This document shows, piece after piece, positions 58,183-64,000 of a stretch of DNA of 64,000 nucleotides. Source of the DNA: Patescibacteria group bacterium (lineage in GTDB: Bacteria > Patescibacteriota > UBA1384 > XYA2-FULL-43-10 > 1-14-0-10-43-13); NCBI GenBank assembly GCA_041649155.1, contig JBAZNP010000001.1:173808-237807 (forward strand), written 5' to 3'. Position numbers and translations under genes: made by a program. The notes under the pieces are model-generated. The model was not told the origin of the DNA, did no database searches, and saw only the letters and a program-made list of their open reading frames with translations. Position 1 is the stretch's first letter; every line of letters begins with the position of its first letter.

Positions 58183-60315
58183 TTATTTCTGAACCATGTC
58201 TTTCATTGAGAGCGAAATTCTGCCTTTCATCGCATCGACTTCAACCACTTTCACAGTGACGATATCGCCGACTTTTAGAACGTCTGATACTTTTTCAATT
58301 CTCTTATCGCTGATTTGAGAAATGTGGATCATGCCATCCTGCTTTGGAGTAATGGCCATAATAGCGCCAATTTCTTTTCCTGACATTCTATCTTTTTTAA
58401 TGTCGATAATTGCACCAGTTAAAATTTCACCGGGAACAATTTCTCTTGTCATTGCTTTAACCATCGAGATGGCCTTTTCACCCATAGCCGGATCAATTGA
58501 GGCAATCATAACCGTGCCGTCATCTTCAATATCAATAGAGGTCATTTCTTTACCACCGCACTCTTCAATCATTTTTTTGATATTTTTTCCGCCCGGTCCA
58601 ATAATATCGCCGATTTTATCAGGATTGATCTTAATCGCTTCAATCTTTGGCGCATATTTAGAAAGACTTTCTTTCGGAGCTGGAATTATCTCCAACATTG
58701 CTTCAAGAATTTCTGCTCTTCCTTTTTTAGCCTGTGCCAAAGTCGCTTTGACAATTTCCATGGTCAAACCGGAAATTTTTGTATCCATTTGAATTGCAGT
58801 AATGCCATCGGCCGTTCCGGCTACTTTGAAGTCCATGTCACCGGCAAAATCTTCCAAACCTTGAAGGTCAGAGAGAATTTTATATACTGAGGAGTCTTCG
58901 TTTGTTACAAGACCCATAGCAATGCCTGAAACAGGTTTCTTAATTGGAACACCGGCATCCATCAAGGCAAGCGTTGAGCCACAGGTAGCTGCCATTGACG
59001 AGGAACCATTTGAAGATAAAATTTCTGAAACAAGTCGGATTGTGTAAGGGAAAGCGTCAGAATCAGGAATCATTGGTTTCAAAGCTTTTTCAGCCAGATA
59101 ACCATGACCGATTTCACGTCGACCGGCACCTCTCATTGGTCTTACTTCACCAGTTGAGTAAGGTGGGAAGTTGTAGTGATGCATAAATCGCTTTGTGGAC
59201 TCACCTTCCATTGTATCAATAAGCTGTTCCATTCCAGGAGAAGCAAGAGTGGCTACTGTCAAAGCCTGAGTTTGTCCTCTTGTAAAAAGGGCTGAACCGT
59301 GAGGTCTTGGCAAAACACCGACAGCAATATTTAGAGGACGAATTTCTTCCATTCCTCTGCCGTCCGGTCTAACACCGTCTTCCAAAATTGCTTTTCTGAT
59401 TTCTTTTTCAACTAGTTTCGCGAATGCACCTTTAATCTCAACCTGTTTGTAGTTTCCTTCAAGTGTCTGAAGCACTTCATTTTCATAAATTTTCAATTTG
59501 GCTTCTCTAGCCTCTTTGTCCATTTCCAAAACAGCTTCTTTCAACTTATGAGCGACCAGATTGTGAACCTCAGCATGAACGCCTATTTCAGCAGTTTCAG
59601 CCTGAATAACTTCGCGCTGATGATCTTCAGCAATCTGATGTTGAATAGCAATCAACGGTTGCATTGCTTTCATGGCCAATTCAATTGCATCATAAGCGAT
59701 ATCTTCCGAGACTTCATTTGCCTCAGTCTCAAGCATCATTACTTTGTCTTTTGTCGCAGCAATAGTTAGATTTAAGTCAGACTTTTCAATTTCTTCTTCG
59801 GTTGGGTTTAGGACAAAATTATCTTCAATTCTGCCAACTCTCATAGCTGCAATCGGCTCTTTGAATGGAGCATTGGTTTGCATTAAAGCAGCAGAAGCTG
59901 CGACTGTTGCCATAACATCCGGATCTACAGAACCATCGTAAGATAATACTGTAATCACAACCTGAACATCGTTTCTGTATGTTTTTGGAAAAAGAGGTCT
60001 TAGAGGGCGATCAATTTTTCGGGCTGCTAAAACAGCAGTATCGGACGGACGTCCTTCTCTTTTAATAAAACGGCTACCGGAAATCTTACCTGCAGCATAA
60101 AATCTCTCTTCATAATCAACTAGAAGAGGAAAAAAATCCACGCCTTCACGAGGCTCAGCGCCAACAACGGCAGTAGCCAAAATTACTGTTTCATTACATG
60201 TTGCAGTAATAGACCCGTCCGCGAAACCGGCAAGTTTGCCAGATTCTAGAACCAGTTTCTTCCCCGCGAAATCCACCTCATAAGAATGGGTTTGGAAGTC
60301 CAATTTCTTAATCAT
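58183..60315 (-). CDS. pnp: polynucleotide phosphorylase
   Basis: Two RNase PH domains, a KH domain and an S1 domain. 710 aa. Confidence 0.95.
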   Translation of the reverse strand: MIKKLDFQTHSYEVDFAGKKLVLESGKLAGFADGSITATCNETVILATAVVGAEPREGVDFFPLLVDYEERFYAAGKISGSRFIKREGRPSDTAVLAARKIDRPLRPLFPKTYRNDVQVVITVLSYDGSVDPDVMATVAASAALMQTNAPFKEPIAAMRVGRIEDNFVLNPTEEEIEKSDLNLTIAATKDKVMMLETEANEVSEDIAYDAIELAMKAMQPLIAIQHQIAEDHQREVIQAETAEIGVHAEVHNLVAHKLKEAVLEMDKEAREAKLKIYENEVLQTLEGNYKQVEIKGAFAKLVEKEIRKAILEDGVRPDGRGMEEIRPLNIAVGVLPRPHGSALFTRGQTQALTVATLASPGMEQLIDTMEGESTKRFMHHYNFPPYSTGEVRPMRGAGRREIGHGYLAEKALKPMIPDSDAFPYTIRLVSEILSSNGSSSMAATCGSTLALMDAGVPIKKPVSGIAMGLVTNEDSSVYKILSDLQGLEDFAGDMDFKVAGTADGITAIQMDTKISGLTMEIVKATLAQAKKGRAEILEAMLEIIPAPKESLSKYAPKIEAIKINPDKIGDIIGPGGKNIKKMIEECGGKEMTSIDIEDDGTVMIASIDPAMGEKAISMVKAMTREIVPGEILTGAIIDIKKDRMSGKEIGAIMAITPKQDGMIHISQISDKRIEKVSDVLKVGDIVTVKVVEVDAMKGRISLSMKDMVQK

Positions 60316-60590
60316 AAAAAAACCTTTCTGGAGAAAGACTCTTCTGACCCCGATATATCAGGGCTGGTGAGGGTTAAGAAGCGGAAAGAGTTTTCAATAG
60401 CCAAGATACAAGTGACAATAACCAAACAATTTTTTAATAACCAATTATCCAATAATCAAATATTTGAAATTTTTAATTTGGATATTGGAGCTTGTTTGTG
60501 ATTTGTTTTTTGTTTCTTGGAGATTTGAATGCTCTTCTCACCTCTTGCAAAATCAGTCTCCACCGCTTCTATAAATTGTTAATAATTTAC

Positions 60591-60622
60591 AAATTGTAGG
60601 CCACTTTATGGCCTACAAATTC
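60591..60622. terminator. hairpin downstream of rpsO
   Basis: AAATTGTAGGCC-ACTTTAT-GGCCTACAAATT. Confidence 0.4.
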
Positions 60623-60627
60623 ATAAC

Positions 60628-60936
60628 CTATTTTCGAAGTCCTAAATCTGAGATCAATTTAGTATACTTTTCTTCTTCAATTTTCTTAAGATAATTTAAA
60701 AGTCTTCTTCTTTTACCAACCATCATCAGAAGGCCTCTTCGGGAATCAAAATCCTTTTTGTGAGCCTGTAAATGTTTGGTCAAATCTGACACTTTTTTGG
60801 TCAAAATTGCAATTTGAACCTCGGTCGAACCAGTATCGTCCTTGTGGGATTGATACTTTTTAATAAGATCAACTTTTCCATCAGCAGGTTTTTTTGTTGC
60901 TGGAGTTTTTTTCACTGTTTTCTTTTCTTCTGTCAT
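60628..60936 (-). CDS. rpsO: 30S ribosomal protein S15 with a Lys-rich N-terminal extension
   Basis: [14 protein letters not shown]...[25 protein letters not shown] matches the S15 core. Confidence 0.85.
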   Translation of the reverse strand: MTEEKKTVKKTPATKKPADGKVDLIKKYQSHKDDTGSTEVQIAILTKKVSDLTKHLQAHKKDFDSRRGLLMMVGKRRRLLNYLKKIEEEKYTKLISDLGLRK

Positions 60937-61058
60937 TTTTCATCGGCCAGTAAGCAAAGTAATTAGCCTTGCGCTGGTCTCCCTAATTAATTATTTCTTA
61001 TTTAGTATACAATATTTTAGCCCAAATAACAATAGTTATGCGCCAATACTCGCTGCTT

Positions 61059-61184
61059 TGTCATTTCGACCCCGTGAGCTTTGTCGAACGGTGGACCTGC
61101 CTGCCGGCAGGCAGGGAAATCTTATGATTAGATAATTTAAAGATCCCTCCACTCCTGCCAGCAGGCAGATCGGTCGGGATGACA
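61059..61184. repeat. composite palindromic repeat region
   Basis: A TGTCATTTCGACC-type element, the perfect 20-bp palindrome CCTGCCTGCCGGCAGGCAGG at 61096..61115, and an inverted TGTCATCCCGACC...GGAGGGATCT element at 61141..61184. Confidence 0.6.
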
Positions 61185-61199
61185 ACTAGAAATAGAAGT

Positions 61200-62366
61200 T
61201 TAGACAGCGATAGTAGAATTAATTCTTTCCTTTTGAAAAGATTTAATTTTTTCAATAATCATGCCAGAACTTTCCAGCAAGCTAGTTCCTTTGATCTGGA
61301 AAGCTGCTGCCATAGAATGACCGCCGCCATCAAAAAGTTTTGCGATCTCTGAAACGTCTTTAGCTCTGTTGGTTGAGCGAAGTGATCCGTGAACATCGCC
61401 ATTTTTTTCAGATAAAAGTAAAGCAAAATCAACGCCTGCGGCCGTTTTCAATAATTCATCAATAAGACCACTGGATTGCTCTTCTGAGGCTCCGACTTCA
61501 AGATAATCTTTTTTGTAAATTTGGGACCAGACAAATTTGTAATCACACTCATCGTGCAAATTAGAAAGCGCCCGTCCCCACAATCGCAAAGTAGAAAGCG
61601 GTTTAGTTTTATAAATATTTTTTATAATCTCCTGTTGCTGCGCTCCGGCTGCAACCAGCTGAGCCGCTACTGTTAAAGATTTAGGAGTTGTGTTTGTATT
61701 TTGAAAAGAATTTGTGTCGGTAATTATGCCGGTCAAAAGTGCAGTAGCAATTTTTTCGTCAAAAAACTTAGGATCGCCCGTCAAGGCTTCAATAGCAGAA
61801 ACTAAAATTTCCGAAGTGGAAGTTGCAGTTAAGTCAACTAAGTTAATTTTTCCGAAATGATCGTTACCGGCATGGTGATCGATATTTACAACCGGCACTT
61901 CATAAAATATTTCCGGATGATTATCATATATCGGACCCAATCTTTCGAGATCAGTTGAGTCAAGAACGATTATGGCGTCAAAATTGAATTGACCTTTGGA
62001 AAAAGAAACCATTTTTTCCTCGAACAGGCCTTCTTTCGGAGTGATAATAATGTCCAACTTGTTATCTTGGACCTTATACATTATTTTGTCGGCTTTTGTA
62101 TTTTTTGTATCAACTGAAATAACAAAAGATCTGGAACCATTAAAAGTATTATCGATTGATTTTAGTTCAGGTAAATAGCTAAAAACACCAGGAATAGCAT
62201 CTCCTGAATACGCAACAACCTCTTTCCCTAATCTTTTAAGAGATAAATACAAAGCCAACATGCTGCCGATTGCATCACCATCGGCATTTTTGTGCGTCAA
62301 TATGAGAAATCTTTTCTGATTTCTTAGTATGTCAACAACTTGTTGTTTGGGAGTTAATTCAGCCAT
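61200..62366 (-). CDS. nrnA: DHH/DHHA1 phosphoesterase (NrnA-like nanoRNase / pAp phosphatase)
   Basis: DGDAIGS, NIDHHAGN and GGGHSMAAAF motifs. Confidence 0.75.
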   Translation of the reverse strand: MAELTPKQQVVDILRNQKRFLILTHKNADGDAIGSMLALYLSLKRLGKEVVAYSGDAIPGVFSYLPELKSIDNTFNGSRSFVISVDTKNTKADKIMYKVQDNKLDIIITPKEGLFEEKMVSFSKGQFNFDAIIVLDSTDLERLGPIYDNHPEIFYEVPVVNIDHHAGNDHFGKINLVDLTATSTSEILVSAIEALTGDPKFFDEKIATALLTGIITDTNSFQNTNTTPKSLTVAAQLVAAGAQQQEIIKNIYKTKPLSTLRLWGRALSNLHDECDYKFVWSQIYKKDYLEVGASEEQSSGLIDELLKTAAGVDFALLLSEKNGDVHGSLRSTNRAKDVSEIAKLFDGGGHSMAAAFQIKGTSLLESSGMIIEKIKSFQKERINSTIAV

Positions 62367-62567
62367 TAAGCAATTACTTAGATATTAAACTCCAAAGTAT
62401 AACCAACGGTACCCATAATGTCAAGATAAATTTCCACTTTTTGGCCTTTGTGTCTTTCTTATATTTAAATACTTTCGTAACTGTGGTATTTATTAAATAG
62501 ACAATAAATATTAATAACCCCAGCAAAATAAGTGATTTCATCACATTTCACGGGGTAAAGGAGTGCC

Positions 62568-63014
62568 ATGAAAGAAAAGGTGCTTTATCGTTCTTGCAAA
62601 AATCGTGTTTTAGGCGGAGTTGCCGGCGGATTAGGAGAATATTTTGACATTGATCCCTCTTTGATAAGATTGATTTTTCTCCTTTCTTTAATTCCAGGGG
62701 GTATCGGTGTAATTGTATATCTCGCCTCTTGGCTCATCATCCCAAATGATCCAAAATGCGTCACCGAAAAAAAGCCAGAGGAAGAAATTAAAGAGGCCGC
62801 CAATGATTTTGCTAAACAAGCGAAAGAAAATTTCAAAGATGCTAAACATGGCGACGGAAAAGCAATCGTTGGATCAATCATTGTTGTAATTGGTGCCCTG
62901 CTTTTGATACGCAATATCACCGGCATAAACGTATGGGAAAACTTCTGGCCAGTTGCATTGGTTATTATTGGTTTCGTAATTATATGGAAAGGAACCAAAG
63001 GGGAGGATAAATGA
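62568..63014 (+). CDS. PspC-domain membrane protein
   Basis: LYRSCKNRVLGGVAGGLGEYFDIDPSLIRLIF is the PspC domain. Contains TM helices. Confidence 0.7.
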   Translation: MKEKVLYRSCKNRVLGGVAGGLGEYFDIDPSLIRLIFLLSLIPGGIGVIVYLASWLIIPNDPKCVTEKKPEEEIKEAANDFAKQAKENFKDAKHGDGKAIVGSIIVVIGALLLIRNITGINVWENFWPVALVIIGFVIIWKGTKGEDK

Positions 63015-63931
63015 AGCCAACGAGAACATTTTTTGGTCTAGTTATCATCGCCATAGGCATCATATTCTTACTAATCAATTTGGGATCAATAAACGCTGAT
63101 GATTTAAGCAATTTTGTTTTGTTCTGGCCGGCGCTGCTTGTTCTTTTCGGTCTAGCAATGATGTTCACAAGCAACTGGCTCTACTCTGTCACCGCTATCC
63201 TGTCTATTTTACTAATTGCTTTCTTGGCTTTGGCTGATCCATATGACTGGCAAAAAAAGGAAGGTACAGAAAGAAAAGAGATCATACATCCTAATATTGT
63301 AGCTGTTTATGATAAAACGATTGAGAATTTCAAATTCACACTTGATCTTGGAGCAGCCATTATCAATGTAAATAATTTTGACGACTCAAATTCAGATACC
63401 TTGATAAAAGGTAATTACGGCGAAGGAATACTCGGCCTTGAAGAGAATAGAACAAATGAAAATCATACGGCTGATTTGCATATCAAGGAAAAAACTACCG
63501 ATCAAAGTCTGAGCACAATTGTTAATCCAAACAAAAAACGTTTTATGGATTTGGAAATTTCCGACCGGATACCAACTGAATTTACTATTAATTCCGGCGC
63601 AAGTAAGCTTGATTTGGATTTCTCTAACATTGATCTTAGAAAACTTACCGTTAATTCTGGCGCAAGCGCCATAAAAGTTAAGTTAGGAAATAAATCGGAC
63701 AATTTGGAATCTGAAATTAACTGCGGTGCTTCCGACATTAGCATTATGATTCCGAAAGATTTTGGAATTAAAATTGAATCCAATTCAGTCTTGTTGGGCA
63801 AAGATCTTACTGATTTAGATTTAGAACAGAATAAAAATTCATACTCTTCAAGAGATTACGACAGTAAAACAAAGAAACTAAGTATTAAACTAAGCTCCGG
63901 CGTCTCTAAACTGTCGGTTAAACAGTACTAG
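63011..63931 (+). CDS. membrane protein with a C-terminal DUF4097/LiaF-like beta-repeat domain
   Basis: N-terminal TM helices. Repeated INSGASKLDLDF and VNSGASAIKVKL strands. Coupled to the PspC gene by a 4-nt overlap. Confidence 0.45.
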   Translation: MKPTRTFFGLVIIAIGIIFLLINLGSINADDLSNFVLFWPALLVLFGLAMMFTSNWLYSVTAILSILLIAFLALADPYDWQKKEGTERKEIIHPNIVAVYDKTIENFKFTLDLGAAIINVNNFDDSNSDTLIKGNYGEGILGLEENRTNENHTADLHIKEKTTDQSLSTIVNPNKKRFMDLEISDRIPTEFTINSGASKLDLDFSNIDLRKLTVNSGASAIKVKLGNKSDNLESEINCGASDISIMIPKDFGIKIESNSVLLGKDLTDLDLEQNKNSYSSRDYDSKTKKLSIKLSSGVSKLSVKQY

Positions 63932-63958
63932 TTCAATGCAAATACTCACTCGTCCCTG

Positions 63959-63986
63959 TGTCATCCCGACCAACGTGGAGGGATCT
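63959..63986. repeat. TGTCATCCCGACC...GGAGGGATCT hairpin element
   Basis: TGTCATCCCGACCAACGTGGAGGGATCT. Confidence 0.6.
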
Positions 63987-64000
63987 CCTAATAGAAATAA

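Noticed and set aside
61061-61255. 64-aa minus-strand ORF across the rpsO-nrnA spacer
   Set aside because: It lies entirely over palindromic repeat elements, has no ribosome-binding site, and its composition is driven by the repeats.

Overview
This 64-kb window comes from a low-GC (~37%), gene-dense bacterial genome. It looks like a small-genome anaerobe, possibly from the Patescibacteria/CPR, but that is only an impression. The housekeeping backbone is mostly on the minus strand: nrdD-nrdG, gmk-like, rpoD, dnaG, alr, ppsA, recA-recX, a RodZ-like protein, ftsK, RNase J, family-4 uracil-DNA glycosylase (UDG), pnp, rpsO, a NrnA-like DHH phosphoesterase, PspC, and several ABC transporters. Two tRNAs are present: tRNA-Asn(GTT) and tRNA-Ser(GGA). 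A roughly 19.8-kb integrated element (8184..28016) interrupts the backbone. It is inserted at the 3' end of tRNA-Asn. Its large serine recombinase gene overlaps the tRNA 3' end, and an 11-bp direct repeat of the tRNA terminus (TCGGGGAGCCA) lies at 28005..28016. The island carries a Rep-like gene, a SpoVG homolog, a DUF4238-like gene and a second large serine recombinase. It also holds an XRE regulator plus TIR-like (DUF1863-type) protein plus small SLATT-like membrane protein cassette, which is the strongest candidate for an uncharacterised defence or abortive-infection module. That cassette sits between two diverged, inverted copies of a two-gene membrane-protein module. Also on the island are an unknown operon encoding an 838-aa multi-TM protein and a 352-aa partner, and a TehB-like methyltransferase. 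Outside the island there are several kinds of non-coding structure. The nrdDG leader has two NrdR boxes followed by a 14-bp tandem array of about 8.5 copies. A family of short hairpin elements of the form TGTCATYCC...GGRATC occurs at least 8 times, once in frame inside nrdG. A perfect 20-bp palindrome occurs twice. A conserved hairpin (TTTGATAGC...GCTATCTAAC) sits immediately 5' of the ribosome-binding sites of three minus-strand genes. There is a diverged duplicate of the RNase J 3' end. A candidate secreted Gly-rich peptide lies next to an AbrB regulator and a pair of ABC exporters.
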